Below, one piece after another: positions 17,830 through 26,900 of a DNA stretch of 64,000 nucleotides. The stretch spans positions 4,133 through 68,132 of the IMG/VR virus record IMGVR_UViG_3300042463_000409. The stretch is one strand, 5' to 3'. Under the pieces are notes generated by a model, which searched no databases, was not told the DNA's origin, and was given only the letters and a program-made list of their open reading frames with translations. This DNA is from a virus. Each line of letters starts with the position of its first letter. The first letter of the stretch is position 1. The position numbers and the translations under genes were made by a program.

Positions 17830-18837
17830 TTATATATTTTGTTTAGTAAATAAATCTATCGCCTTGAATATATTGTATGCTACCTGTGGTACAATAGCAT
17901 TCCCGTAAGCCTTTATTGATTCCATTCTCCACTTAGAAAAGGTAATAGAGTCCAATTCTCTGGGAAGCCCATCATCTCCTCCACAAATAGGGGGTTTAGT
18001 TGGGAAGTCTTGGAACTTGGCTCGTATATTTTCGCTATCTCGTCCGTTAAGTTGAATTTGCCTCTGTCTCTCGATGCGTTGCCTCTCGATTCTTGCGCCT
18101 TCGGTGTCGGTAACATACCTAGCTTCGCCATTTGCTTCAATGGGTTCTGCAAGTTGACCCCCTTTGCTTTGTGACGAGCTTTTGCTGCTAGGAATGTCTC
18201 CTCCTTGCGAGCCGTGTTCCAGTCGTATGCCGAAGGTGTCGGTAGTAATGATACTACTTGAGTAGCTAGGTTTGGCATCGTCGTTCCGTTGGGATACTTC
18301 TCCATCCTGTCCTTGAACTTGCCTAGATCCTGTACCTCTTCTCTTGTCGTTGGAGTAAGCAACAAACCAAACTCTGTCCCTTCTGTGCGGGGCGTTGACG
18401 CTTGCAGCTGGAATAATAAACGGTTGTACTTCATATCCTTGGCTTTCCAAGTCAGAGCACACCTCATGGAAGACCAATCCTCCATTCCAACTAACAAGCC
18501 CACGAACGTTTTCGCCCACGACGAATGTTGGTTGGACCTCTTTAATAACTCGTAGCATTTCAGGAAAGAGGTGTCTTTCATCGGCCTTACCAAGACGCTT
18601 TCCTGCGACTGAGTATGGTTGACAGGGGAATCCTCCTGTAAGTACATCAATTGTTCCTCTGTGAATAGAGAAATCTGTTTCGGTAATGTCATTGTATGAT
18701 ATTGATTTTGGAAAATGATATTTTAATACTCGCTGACCAAACGGATTCCATTCGCAGTGGAATACATTATCCCATCCCATCCATTGTGCAGCTACATCAA
18801 ATCCACCTATGCCAGAAAACAAACTAGCGTGATTCAT
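17830..18837 (-). CDS. DNA (cytosine-5) methyltransferase, large/alpha polypeptide
   Basis: Motif I LFSGIGG, IV GGFPCQ, VI GENV, VIII HRRDRVW, X YGNAIVP; motif IX absent from this frame. Confidence 0.9.
   Translation of the reverse strand: MNHASLFSGIGGFDVAAQWMGWDNVFHCEWNPFGQRVLKYHFPKSISYNDITETDFSIHRGTIDVLTGGFPCQPYSVAGKRLGKADERHLFPEMLRVIKEVQPTFVVGENVRGLVSWNGGLVFHEVCSDLESQGYEVQPFIIPAASVNAPHRRDRVWFVAYSNDKRRGTGSRQVQGQDGEVSQRNDDAKPSYSSSIITTDTFGIRLEHGSQGGDIPSSKSSSQSKGGQLAEPIEANGEARYVTDTEGARIERQRIERQRQIQLNGRDSENIRAKFQDFPTKPPICGGDDGLPRELDSITFSKWRMESIKAYGNAIVPQVAYNIFKAIDLFTKQNI
17913..18692 (-). CDS. Nested alternative-frame ORF: C5-MTase small/beta polypeptide (TRD-like repeats + motif IX)
   Basis: 259-aa open frame inside the MTase gene; three LL/ML-(P)TP repeats; QLNPLFVEEMMGFPENWT matches motif IX; true start uncertain. 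Confidence 0.7.
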   Translation of the reverse strand: MTLPKQISLFTEEQLMYLQEDSPVNHTQSQESVLVRPMKDTSFLKCYELLKRSNQHSSWAKTFVGLLVGMEDWSSMRCALTWKAKDMKYNRLLFQLQASTPRTEGTEFGLLLTPTTREEVQDLGKFKDRMEKYPNGTTMPNLATQVVSLLPTPSAYDWNTARKEETFLAAKARHKAKGVNLQNPLKQMAKLGMLPTPKAQESRGNASRDRGKFNLTDEIAKIYEPSSKTSQLNPLFVEEMMGFPENWTLLPFLSGEWNQ

Positions 18838-18838
18838 T

Positions 18839-19117
18839 TTATCCTATTAATTTTTTTAGTGAGTCTGATAATGCCTTTCCGTACCTTAAAAAGCAATACG
18901 CTTCAAACGGTAACTTATCAAGGTCTTTATTGTTATCATATTCCTTCCTCATTTTATCTAGATTGTCGTGATTCGCAAGGAAGTCTATGTACATTGCCTC
19001 TATGATTTCAATAGAATTATTGATTGTAACTAGGGATATGAGGGCTTCGTACTTATCTTCACGTTCTAGTGTCATGATATCACTAACTTCTACTTTTTTG
19101 TCTTTTTTCTTTGCCAT
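18839..19117 (-). CDS. Hypothetical protein
   Basis: 92-aa ORF in operon. Confidence 0.55.
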   Translation of the reverse strand: MAKKKDKKVEVSDIMTLEREDKYEALISLVTINNSIEIIEAMYIDFLANHDNLDKMRKEYDNNKDLDKLPFEAYCFLRYGKALSDSLKKLIG

Positions 19118-19118
19118 G

Positions 19119-19505
19119 TTAATCTTTTACTTTTAATATTAAATATAATAATGCCGAGTAATTACATAAGTCAATTACAGAATCTTGTATAGACTCATTG
19201 TACGCTTCTTTGTTGCTGCTTAATAGTTGACCTAGCCTAGCTACTTTTGTACCTATTAGGTTTAAACAATTAACAGCGTCAGGATTATTTGATGATTGAT
19301 TTACAATCATGCCAGCTAATCTGAAATTAGATAGTATGTCTTCGCCTGCATAGTCGTAACCCTTCTTGCTAAGGATTTCCCTTTGCGAGTCAAACAATGC
19401 TTCTAGCATAGCATCTCTTTCACTAGCTTTCAGTATCGCGTGGTCGTAACTCATCGGAGGTTTCTCTGGTTTCGATGTCTCGAATAGCTTCTTTAATAGG
19501 TTCAT
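19119..19505 (-). CDS. Nucleotide-modification-associated domain protein (DUF1599/Nmad1-like)
   Basis: KKGYDYA...NF...KVARL...ESIQDSVIDLCNY; start set at MNLLKK. Confidence 0.65.
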   Translation of the reverse strand: MNLLKKLFETSKPEKPPMSYDHAILKASERDAMLEALFDSQREILSKKGYDYAGEDILSNFRLAGMIVNQSSNNPDAVNCLNLIGTKVARLGQLLSSNKEAYNESIQDSVIDLCNYSALLYLILKVKD

Positions 19506-19626
19506 TTTGTTTGTTTTTGTATGGACAATGGCGGCATCCACGATTGCAGCAATACCCTCTGTCGAGAAGGAATTGCTCCGTGAATACCACCATTCCATTT
19601 TCTAAATAATAATCTAAGGTTTCCAT
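19423..19626 (-). CDS. DUF5522-like Cys-rich protein
   Basis: DYYLENGMVVFTEQFLLDRGYCCNRGCRHCPY. Confidence 0.75.
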   Translation of the reverse strand: METLDYYLENGMVVFTEQFLLDRGYCCNRGCRHCPYKNKQNEPIKEAIRDIETRETSDELRPRDTES

Positions 19627-20006
19627 TCTAATTCTTCGGTTATCCAATCAGCTTTCTCTCGGAATATGTCGTTAGTCTTATATAAGTCATAATACGTGCT
19701 GATGTTGTGTATAATAGTCGTGTGGTCTCTTGATGACAATTTTTTGCCTATGTCAACTAACGTCCACCCTAATCTAACCTTAACGTTATAACAATATATA
19801 CGCCTAGCGTCTACCAATTCTTGCTTTCTTCGGGTAGCCTTCATCTCGTCAAATGTGATATTTGTAACATTGGTTATTGCATTTACAATATCATCGTGAG
19901 TTACCTTCCCACTTGATAGCCTGATTAACCTAGTGAATCCCTTCGGCAAATCTTTACCTCTTATCCCAGGGTATATGTATGGGTTTATTAATTTCATGCT
20001 GCTCAT
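19614..20006 (-). CDS. Stand-alone DnaA C-terminal (domain IV) HTH protein
   Basis: RRKQELVDARRI...TLVDIGKKLSSRDHTTIIH. Confidence 0.8.
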   Translation of the reverse strand: MSSMKLINPYIYPGIRGKDLPKGFTRLIRLSSGKVTHDDIVNAITNVTNITFDEMKATRRKQELVDARRIYCYNVKVRLGWTLVDIGKKLSSRDHTTIIHNISTYYDLYKTNDIFREKADWITEELEWKP

Positions 20007-20016
20007 GATGATAGTT

Positions 20017-20238
20017 TTACATAACTTGAAACAAGCCTACGCCTCTAACGTCTACTAGGTGTATGCCATCTGCATGGTATAATCCAACTCTATAATTGTG
20101 AATTACATATTCTCCTTCGTACACGTAATGTTCTGGGATGGACTTAAAAAATACCTGCCCAACCATTGTAGCCTTTGATAATGATTCTACTTCAACAGCC
20201 AACGATATGGCAATTAGAAGATTGTTAATGTTCGACAT
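20017..20238 (-). CDS. Hypothetical protein
   Basis: ORF in the early operon. Confidence 0.5.
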   Translation of the reverse strand: MSNINNLLIAISLAVEVESLSKATMVGQVFFKSIPEHYVYEGEYVIHNYRVGLYHADGIHLVDVRGVGLFQVM

Positions 20239-20476
20239 CTGATAAGATATTTACTGTTGTGTCCAATGTATTTCTCTTGATGATAATCATCTTGTCGTTA
20301 TCATCTATTGAATACAGCATAGTAACTAATGAGCCACCACAATCTACAATTGTTTCAGACATAGTTACGAATATTTGCCTATATAAATCCAATGCCTGGT
20401 CTAACGTAGCTACGGATTGGGTGTCTGATGTGTGTTCGCCATCTGTTTCGATGTCGCTAAATATCTTATATATCAT
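20225..20476 (-). CDS. Hypothetical protein
   Basis: ORF overlapping both neighbours. Confidence 0.55.
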   Translation of the reverse strand: MIYKIFSDIETDGEHTSDTQSVATLDQALDLYRQIFVTMSETIVDCGGSLVTMLYSIDDNDKMIIIKRNTLDTTVNILSDVEH

Positions 20477-20682
20477 ATAATTGATTTTATTTTTAAAAAC
20501 TCGTTGTCTAGTATAGAGCCAACGTGATTTAATCCTGATAAATACCCACTCACGAATACAAGGTAAACTCCATTCTTACCTATCGCATCCATCATTAGCG
20601 GAACAGACGATTCGTTTTCTAGAACGAACTCTTCAAAGGCATTTAGTAAAGCCTTGTCTTCATAAATAGATTGGTTTTCCAT
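20473..20682 (-). CDS. Hypothetical protein
   Basis: First ORF after the promoter at 20703-20733. Confidence 0.55.
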   Translation of the reverse strand: MENQSIYEDKALLNAFEEFVLENESSVPLMMDAIGKNGVYLVFVSGYLSGLNHVGSILDNEFLKIKSII

Positions 20683-20702
20683 ATTGATTTTATTGGTTTA
20701 TA

Positions 20703-20733
20703 CAAATTTAAATATCTTTTGCTGATTTGCAAA
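20703..20733 (-). promoter_or_regulatory. Full Bacteroidota promoter (-33/-7)
   Basis: TTTG-19 nt-TAAATTTG on the minus strand. Confidence 0.7.
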
Positions 20734-20737
20734 ATAA

Positions 20738-21016
20738 TTAGATAGAAACTTCTAAAACTTTTACAATACCTCTACCCTTTGGAGCCTTATCGTAGATGGT
20801 AGACTTGAATGTAGACCCCCACTTACGTATCGCTACATAGTAGTTTGAATTAAGGCTAAGGTCGTTCTTTGATTTGTATACACCATTTGATAGTCTTCCA
20901 CGTGTGTTCCAGGTTAACGTCTTGCCATCTACTATACCTACGTATAGGTCACCTACTTTTGTTAATTGCTTTACTTCTTTACCATTAACTGTCTTGATTG
21001 TTTTTGTTGTACTCAT
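20738..21016 (-). CDS. Basic hypothetical protein
   Basis: 92 aa with A-rich leader. Confidence 0.6.
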   Translation of the reverse strand: MSTTKTIKTVNGKEVKQLTKVGDLYVGIVDGKTLTWNTRGRLSNGVYKSKNDLSLNSNYYVAIRKWGSTFKSTIYDKAPKGRGIVKVLEVSI

Positions 21017-21063
21017 TTTGATTTGATTTTGAATTGATTATAAAATAAAAATTGTTTAATATG

Positions 21064-21306
21064 TTATCGATATATTACAGGGAATACTCCGTCTGAACCA
21101 TAGAACATAACTCCTCCGTCATTGCCTTCATCATCCATGGAAAGCATACACGATGTTCCGTCATCTAGGAAAAAGCATAGGGGCCTAGAATGCCACCCCA
21201 TCATATCCATTTCCTTGTCATTTAGATACCTGGCGTCTACTATTTTTCTGCCTACTAATACTTCTTTGGCTTTGTCACTCCAATGTTTTACGTAATCTTT
21301 GCTCAT
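21064..21306 (-). CDS. Phage hypothetical protein
   Basis: LVGRKI...RY...GW...DDG...DDEGNDGG pattern. Confidence 0.65.
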   Translation of the reverse strand: MSKDYVKHWSDKAKEVLVGRKIVDARYLNDKEMDMMGWHSRPLCFFLDDGTSCMLSMDDEGNDGGVMFYGSDGVFPVIYR

Positions 21307-21316
21307 TTTTATAAAT

Positions 21317-21496
21317 TTATTTGTTAAAGAATTTTGTTTGAATTAAATCAAATTCGTGTGCGCTCTCTTTTATCTCCCCGCTATCTGTTCTTTCTTTATT
21401 GTGTGCCGATAGCCACTTCTTAAAATCACTTTTGGACTCAACAACAGCCTCAATACTATTGTCTTCTTTGTACACAACTACATATAAGGTTTTCAT
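21317..21496 (-). CDS. Hypothetical protein (59 aa)
   Basis: MKTLYVVVYKEDNSIEAVVESKSDFKKWL...; fills the gap exactly. Confidence 0.5.
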   Translation of the reverse strand: MKTLYVVVYKEDNSIEAVVESKSDFKKWLSAHNKERTDSGEIKESAHEFDLIQTKFFNK

Positions 21497-21498
21497 AG

Positions 21499-21768
21499 TT
21501 ATTTAATTTTGTTTGTGTAAATTAATTTGTCATCCTCTTCTGAATAGATTTCGCATGTTGATTGGCCATCGTTATCTTCTGGATCCATACCTTCAAGCGT
21601 TTCATACAGATACTCATGACCGATTTCGTTTTCATAACTTTGCCGTGGGTCCTTTTCTATTTGCTTGATTTTTTCCAATGCCTGCACATAGCTTTCAGCT
21701 TCGATACTGAATTTTAATCTTAACCATATTGTGTTTTTTTCGTCTCTGTAAAAGTCAAAAGTTTTCAT
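21499..21768 (-). CDS. Hypothetical protein
   Basis: 89-aa acidic ORF. Confidence 0.6.
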   Translation of the reverse strand: MKTFDFYRDEKNTIWLRLKFSIEAESYVQALEKIKQIEKDPRQSYENEIGHEYLYETLEGMDPEDNDGQSTCEIYSEEDDKLIYTNKIK

Positions 21769-21770
21769 GT

Positions 21771-22295
21771 TTATTGATTTATTTCTTTAATGAATTCTAC
21801 TATTTTATCTTTGAATGTATTTGTTTTAACAACCTCTTCTATTGTTGAACATCTTGCGCCACCTAATCTATAAGAGTAGCTTGGGTTTATTTCTCCTATT
21901 GATTCTATTTGGCTCTTAAACCATACAGTTGTTGCATCAAAGTCAAAATTAATGTGTAGTGTGTTGTAACTAGCAGACGCGTTTATTTTATGTACATCTT
22001 TTTCAGCGATTAATCTAATGCTATATTTTTCCAATATTGCTAATATTTTTGCATGAGCTAGGTCATCATTGAGCCTTTTGGCATCTCTTTCTATATTATC
22101 AAGATTAATTTTTCGATTAATATCGTTTTGTATTTCTATTTCTTTTCTCCTAATCTTATCCATATTTATTTGCTGCAAAAATGGACTAACGTCAACCAGG
22201 CTACCTTTTGGCACTAGATTTTCTGTGTTGATTTTTAGGAATTCGTTTGTAATGTTGTTGATGATAGTTTGCTGCTTTTCCGTTAATTGATTCAT
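21771..22295 (-). CDS. Hypothetical protein
   Basis: Start set at MNQLTEKQQ after an A-rich leader. Confidence 0.6.
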   Translation of the reverse strand: MNQLTEKQQTIINNITNEFLKINTENLVPKGSLVDVSPFLQQINMDKIRRKEIEIQNDINRKINLDNIERDAKRLNDDLAHAKILAILEKYSIRLIAEKDVHKINASASYNTLHINFDFDATTVWFKSQIESIGEINPSYSYRLGGARCSTIEEVVKTNTFKDKIVEFIKEINQ

Positions 22296-22314
22296 GTTTA
22301 TTAGGTTTAATTGT

Positions 22315-23400
22315 TTAAAATGGTAAGTTTTTATATTGAGTATTAAAATTCTTTGCCGTATGCACTTCTCTCTCATACGCTTTGAAACATTTCTTACATA
22401 CTATGGCATTGAAGTCCGATATGTATTCTGCCTCATCTACATTTGTTACGTTGTTGCAATCTTCACAAGCGAACACATCATTTGGGTCTGCGATATTTCC
22501 TTTTCCTGCATTACCTTCTAGCCAGCTATCGTCATATGAATCCCATGTGTAGTCATACTTATCACTCTTATACGTATCCTTGCTCAATCCATATGTTCCA
22601 TATCCACCATACCCCCCATAGTATCCCGTAGAATATGCATAAGTCTTTTCTGCCTTGTGTGGATACTCGTCAATCATATTTGACATGATATCGTAAACCA
22701 TGTACATACAATTTTCTACCTCGTTGAATACTACAATCTCGTCGTCTGAATGTGGATTGTGATAACCGCAGCTCATGTTTGCAACAGATACACCTACCCC
22801 GTCCATTGCTAGTTGATATACATCGGTCATACCGCCGTCGGAGAATTCATAGCCGTAATTTTTGATGATAGTTGACACATCTGTATTGAAGTCTTTGCTT
22901 TGTAAATCTAGTCCGAATATATTGTTTACAAAATCCTTATTACCTTTCCTGTCGCATTGTAGCACGAACCTGGCGTCATTGAAGAAATCCATGAACGCCT
23001 CTCCGCTACCTAAACAGCCTACCTCCTCGTCTCTGAAAAACACAACCTTAACGTTGTCTAGATACTGCAACATTGTAAGGCATATGAATATGCCGACCTT
23101 ATCGTCGCCACCACAACCGCTAGGCATGTTAAGACCTCTATCAAAACCCATGGCACAATAGTCATCATGCATGATTTTGAAATGATCCTGTGGTATAATC
23201 TTGTGCACAGTATCCATATGGGAAACAATACATGGATAGCTTGAAGACTCTCCCTTCGCTGCATATATGTTGCCTTTGTCAACAATATAGTCGATGTCCA
23301 TTTCTTCTAGCTTGTTCATGATAAAGTTCTCCATGTCAACAGAGTTGTATGTCTCTGATTGAATAGATAGTATTTCTAGTAATAGGTTTTTGTTAAACAT
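22315..23400 (-). CDS. M28/M20-family zinc peptidase
   Basis: SHMDTV, GGDDKVG, DEEVG, CDRKG, GYHNPH zinc ligands; C-terminal CxxC...CxxC. Confidence 0.85.
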   Translation of the reverse strand: MFNKNLLLEILSIQSETYNSVDMENFIMNKLEEMDIDYIVDKGNIYAAKGESSSYPCIVSHMDTVHKIIPQDHFKIMHDDYCAMGFDRGLNMPSGCGGDDKVGIFICLTMLQYLDNVKVVFFRDEEVGCLGSGEAFMDFFNDARFVLQCDRKGNKDFVNNIFGLDLQSKDFNTDVSTIIKNYGYEFSDGGMTDVYQLAMDGVGVSVANMSCGYHNPHSDDEIVVFNEVENCMYMVYDIMSNMIDEYPHKAEKTYAYSTGYYGGYGGYGTYGLSKDTYKSDKYDYTWDSYDDSWLEGNAGKGNIADPNDVFACEDCNNVTNVDEAEYISDFNAIVCKKCFKAYEREVHTAKNFNTQYKNLPF

Positions 23401-24982
23401 TTTCTTCGGATTTTAATTGTTCTAAATATTCTTCCACATTATCGTCTGCAACCCAAACATCGTCATCGAACTCTTTCATATCATCTATGTGATACTCCTC
23501 TCCATCATGCTCACATGTTCTAACATTACTTACTAGACAGTAATCATTTAGGCTATCTAGATACACTACATCATCATGACCTTCTGGATAAGTATGTCCC
23601 TCTACTTCTATGGAGTGTCTTTCTAATATCCTGTATCCATACCTAGTAACAACAGTTCTATCTATGTGAGTGTGACCGCTGAACGACACAGAATCTGTTG
23701 AATAATCTAGATACACAGAGTCATCTTCGTGTATGTTTTCGTCTGCATCATCGTCCCATATTGAGCCGTTTTCATCATACGAGCCATCAGTACATCTTAA
23801 AGTTCTATCGTGATCCTGACATTCATCATTGTACAATATCTTGCCTGATGTGTCTAGGTATGCCATGGTATCCATGTATGGATAGTAGTCGTATCTAGAC
23901 TTAGATAGTATAACTTCGGCTACCCAATCGTTCTGCCTCTTACCCATATGCATGTCAAATTGTGAATGATGACATGATTGTTGTGACTTGTACCAATACA
24001 TATTATCAATAGCCCAACTTATGAACATCGGTTGCACTGAATCGTCAGAGTATATGGTATCCATTGCACGTCTTCCGTTATTAGTATGCCATAGCAATGC
24101 CCTACCTACAATCTTATTATTAACATCTTTTGCGATAAGCATTTTGATGTTATCATTATGAACATATATATCGAAATAGTCTCTGCATGAATCGTATCTC
24201 ATACAAGACCCCCATAAGTTACTACCCATATTAGCAGCTTCACTATAATTTTTTTCGTTATAGTAATCTCTAATATGCTCTCCATCTATTACCTCTAATG
24301 TTACACTCTTACCATTGCCATCCTCGTCACCATTAATTCCTATGTAGGATTTTACTATGTTATTGTACTCCTCGAAGTATCGCTCGGATAGTTCAAGAGA
24401 CTCAGGTAAAATCTTTCTAGCTAATTTGGCTGGCTTCATTTCCTGTCTACCTTGTCTTGACCAATTGCCTTCATCATTTACTATATGCTCCTTACCATTT
24501 GGCAGAAACGATGTCATGCAACCACGCATAGTAATGTAATTACAAAACAGATTCTTGTCGGAATTTTGTAGGATATATTTTGCTACTACACTTCTGTCTT
24601 GTATCTCATACAACATCCTACGCATTGACTCACTAATGGTTACTAGATTGTCAATCCTTATTCGTTCCTGCTCTCGATACACTCTTAACCTTTCTTGTCG
24701 TATTATCTCCGCCTCTCTCTCCTCTTCCTCTTTTATCCTATTCTTTTCTGGCTGGTCCCTCTCTGTCCAATCGTCGTGCAGTCTCATCCAATACTCATGA
24801 CCCTGCGGTGTGACTGACCATTGCATTGCACCTGTGATAGCATCCGACATATAGTCGAATGTTGCTCCGCTTCTATTACTGATGACTTCTGAAAAATCAC
24901 TTTGTTCTTTAAGATTTTGAATTGCTTGTGATTTGTATGGTTCTGGCAATTCGGAGAACCATTCTAACGCTGTTTTGCTCAT
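23393..24982 (-). CDS. PcfJ-like domain protein with acidic C-terminal region
   Basis: GSCMRY...VGRALLW...MDTIY...YPYMDT. Confidence 0.55.
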   Translation of the reverse strand: MSKTALEWFSELPEPYKSQAIQNLKEQSDFSEVISNRSGATFDYMSDAITGAMQWSVTPQGHEYWMRLHDDWTERDQPEKNRIKEEEEREAEIIRQERLRVYREQERIRIDNLVTISESMRRMLYEIQDRSVVAKYILQNSDKNLFCNYITMRGCMTSFLPNGKEHIVNDEGNWSRQGRQEMKPAKLARKILPESLELSERYFEEYNNIVKSYIGINGDEDGNGKSVTLEVIDGEHIRDYYNEKNYSEAANMGSNLWGSCMRYDSCRDYFDIYVHNDNIKMLIAKDVNNKIVGRALLWHTNNGRRAMDTIYSDDSVQPMFISWAIDNMYWYKSQQSCHHSQFDMHMGKRQNDWVAEVILSKSRYDYYPYMDTMAYLDTSGKILYNDECQDHDRTLRCTDGSYDENGSIWDDDADENIHEDDSVYLDYSTDSVSFSGHTHIDRTVVTRYGYRILERHSIEVEGHTYPEGHDDVVYLDSLNDYCLVSNVRTCEHDGEEYHIDDMKEFDDDVWVADDNVEEYLEQLKSEENV

Positions 24983-24993
24983 GTTTATTTGAT

Positions 24994-25326
24994 TTATTGG
25001 TTTAGGGATGAATGAATTGTTAATAAGTGGGAGTGTATTTGAGGGTATTTATAATAGTCCCACCACTCCGATCCGTCATACTCACTTCTATCTAACCAAA
25101 CTCCATTTGTTAGCCACACTTTACCAAACAGGCCCTGAATACCATATCCATTGTGATATTCAAAATCAAGTTTAGATAAGAATAAATTAAAATCCTTTTC
25201 ATCGTGCCATTCAAATAATTCAATAACTTCGTTATCAAAATTAATACTAGCACACACTACTTCTGCGCCATGCATATTTTTAACATGGACTAGCATTTCT
25301 AATAATTCTTCTTTTGCATTTATCAT
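24994..25326 (-). CDS. Phage hypothetical protein
   Basis: YHNGYG...GKVW...EYDGSEWW motif. Confidence 0.7.
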   Translation of the reverse strand: MINAKEELLEMLVHVKNMHGAEVVCASINFDNEVIELFEWHDEKDFNLFLSKLDFEYHNGYGIQGLFGKVWLTNGVWLDRSEYDGSEWWDYYKYPQIHSHLLTIHSSLNQ

Positions 25327-25446
25327 ACAATTTGATTTAGAGGTTTAGGAATTTGTCTGTGTACCCGCTATCTTTTGAGTGGGCATCTCTGACTATTACA
25401 ACTGAAACAGAAACAGAGATAATGATTAGTAGGATTAGCATGATAG

Positions 25447-25662
25447 TTATCTTGCATCACCTATTTTGATTTTCCACGCATTGTTCATGTAGGTAACCCT
25501 ATCTGTCAGCATCCAATTAGCATTTGACAAATCAATGTGCATGTACCTTTCTGCATACTCATCGACAGAAGACACGTCGTCCATGTCTTCCCAGCCGATT
25601 GGTAATTTGTACTGCGTTACCGTCATTTCTTTGTGGTCCATTACTACTAGATAATACTGCAT
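25447..25662 (-). CDS. Hypothetical protein
   Basis: 71 aa with AATCAATAAAC leader. Confidence 0.55.
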   Translation of the reverse strand: MQYYLVVMDHKEMTVTQYKLPIGWEDMDDVSSVDEYAERYMHIDLSNANWMLTDRVTYMNNAWKIKIGDAR

Positions 25663-25680
25663 GTTTATTGATTTATTGGT

Positions 25681-25875
25681 TTAGAAATAAAATGATTTTT
25701 GTTCCCATCTTCCATTAACTCTTGTCTCTACCGTATAATCCCCACTATATTGCCTATTTTCATAAGCACTTAGCCAAACCCTGGTATCCCCTTCATCTAT
25801 CTTTAACTCGTCCCCATCCCATGATTGCTCGATAGTGTCAAGCGTGATTAGTTCTAATTTAGAATACTCTTTCAT
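25681..25875 (-). CDS. Hypothetical protein
   Basis: 64 aa with A-rich leader. Confidence 0.55.
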   Translation of the reverse strand: MKEYSKLELITLDTIEQSWDGDELKIDEGDTRVWLSAYENRQYSGDYTVETRVNGRWEQKSFYF

Positions 25876-25902
25876 GTTTAATGATTTTGATTTAAAAATT
25901 GG

Positions 25903-26139
25903 TTAATTGTGCTTCATGCCTTTGCATACTCCATACCCCTGCCTAGCAGCTAACCTATTGATCCTGTTAGCTACCTCCATGGGTACAACTTGGATAGAGT
26001 TGCCTGTCTTATGGTTAGTAATTGGCACACCGCCTACCTTCTGGGTAGTACTACAGTTTACGCAACTACGATACCCATACTTAGTAAAGCGTAATTCGGG
26101 CATAAGCCCGTTACACCTGACACATTGGATCATCTCCAT
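25903..26139 (-). CDS. C4 zinc-finger protein, DksA/TraR-like finger
   Basis: CVRCNGLMPELRFTKYGYRSCVNC matches CxxC-x3-(I/M)PxxR-x8-CxxC. Confidence 0.55.
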   Translation of the reverse strand: MEMIQCVRCNGLMPELRFTKYGYRSCVNCSTTQKVGGVPITNHKTGNSIQVVPMEVANRINRLAARQGYGVCKGMKHN

Positions 26140-26140
26140 A

Positions 26141-26371
26141 CTAAATTTTTGATTCGTAAATTATTTTTTCTAGTCGCCATAATTTATTAGCCGAATACGC
26201 TTTTTGCTCGTACATATAGTGGAACACTTCATCATTCTGCGACTCTATAATTTTGCCGTCAGGATATTTGATTAGATGTGTTGCATATATGTTATAGCAC
26301 TCGTATTGTGGCTCATCTTCTAACTCTACGTAGACTGGCGGACCCACGTACCTACTATAAAATTCTGTCAT
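26141..26371 (-). CDS. Hypothetical protein
   Basis: 76-aa ORF. Confidence 0.5.
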   Translation of the reverse strand: MTEFYSRYVGPPVYVELEDEPQYECYNIYATHLIKYPDGKIIESQNDEVFHYMYEQKAYSANKLWRLEKIIYESKI

Positions 26372-26561
26372 CTTTTCTTTTTAATTCTCTATAATTTATG
26401 TAGTATGCCAAGGCTGCCAGGTTACCTATTAGTGATGACATACAAATTATACCTAGATTTTCCTTTGTCACATCTAGGACTAATAATAGTAAAAGTGTGA
26501 CTGACATTGTTGTTAGTGTCATAATTATTGCACATAACAGATTAAAGTTTTTTTCGCTCAT
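26355..26561 (-). CDS. Two-TM membrane protein
   Basis: Two hydrophobic helices and a basic tail. Confidence 0.5.
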   Translation of the reverse strand: MSEKNFNLLCAIIMTLTTMSVTLLLLLVLDVTKENLGIICMSSLIGNLAALAYYINYRELKRKDDRIL

Positions 26562-26675
26562 TTTTTTAATAGTTTTTTGAAGAATGAATAAATAAGGCTA
26601 ACCATTATGTATCCGTAGATGCCCATAAAGATTAGAAACAGGATCGCCTGGGTATACATTGCCCACGACATTTGA

Positions 26676-26864
26676 CTAGCTGATGGCATAATCATTGAAT
26701 TTAAATTGTGATTGAATTTCTATTAATTTGAACTTTTGCCTAGCTTTATTTTGCGCCTCTGTTTTAGAGTCACCTAATAACACTAACTTTTTAACTATTC
26801 TGTCATAAACAGAAATGCGTGTGCGGACTCTCGGTCCGTTACTTGAATAGACTTTTGTTGCCAT
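26676..26864 (-). CDS. Small basic early protein
   Basis: 62 aa, K/R-rich. Confidence 0.55.
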   Translation of the reverse strand: MATKVYSSNGPRVRTRISVYDRIVKKLVLLGDSKTEAQNKARQKFKLIEIQSQFKFNDYAIS

Positions 26865-26900
26865 TTGAAAAGATTAAATTGGTTAATGAAATTGATTCGC

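Noticed and set aside
8511-19505. A dedicated DNA hypermodification pathway (phosphoesterase + DUF1599-like + MTase)
   Set aside because: The genes are dispersed, and no base-modifying synthase, kinase, transferase or DNA polymerase is visible in the window.
22315-22340. Peptidase C-terminus KNLPF as an SSB-tail (DDLPF) mimic
   Set aside because: Lacks the acidic residues and is too short to support the claim.
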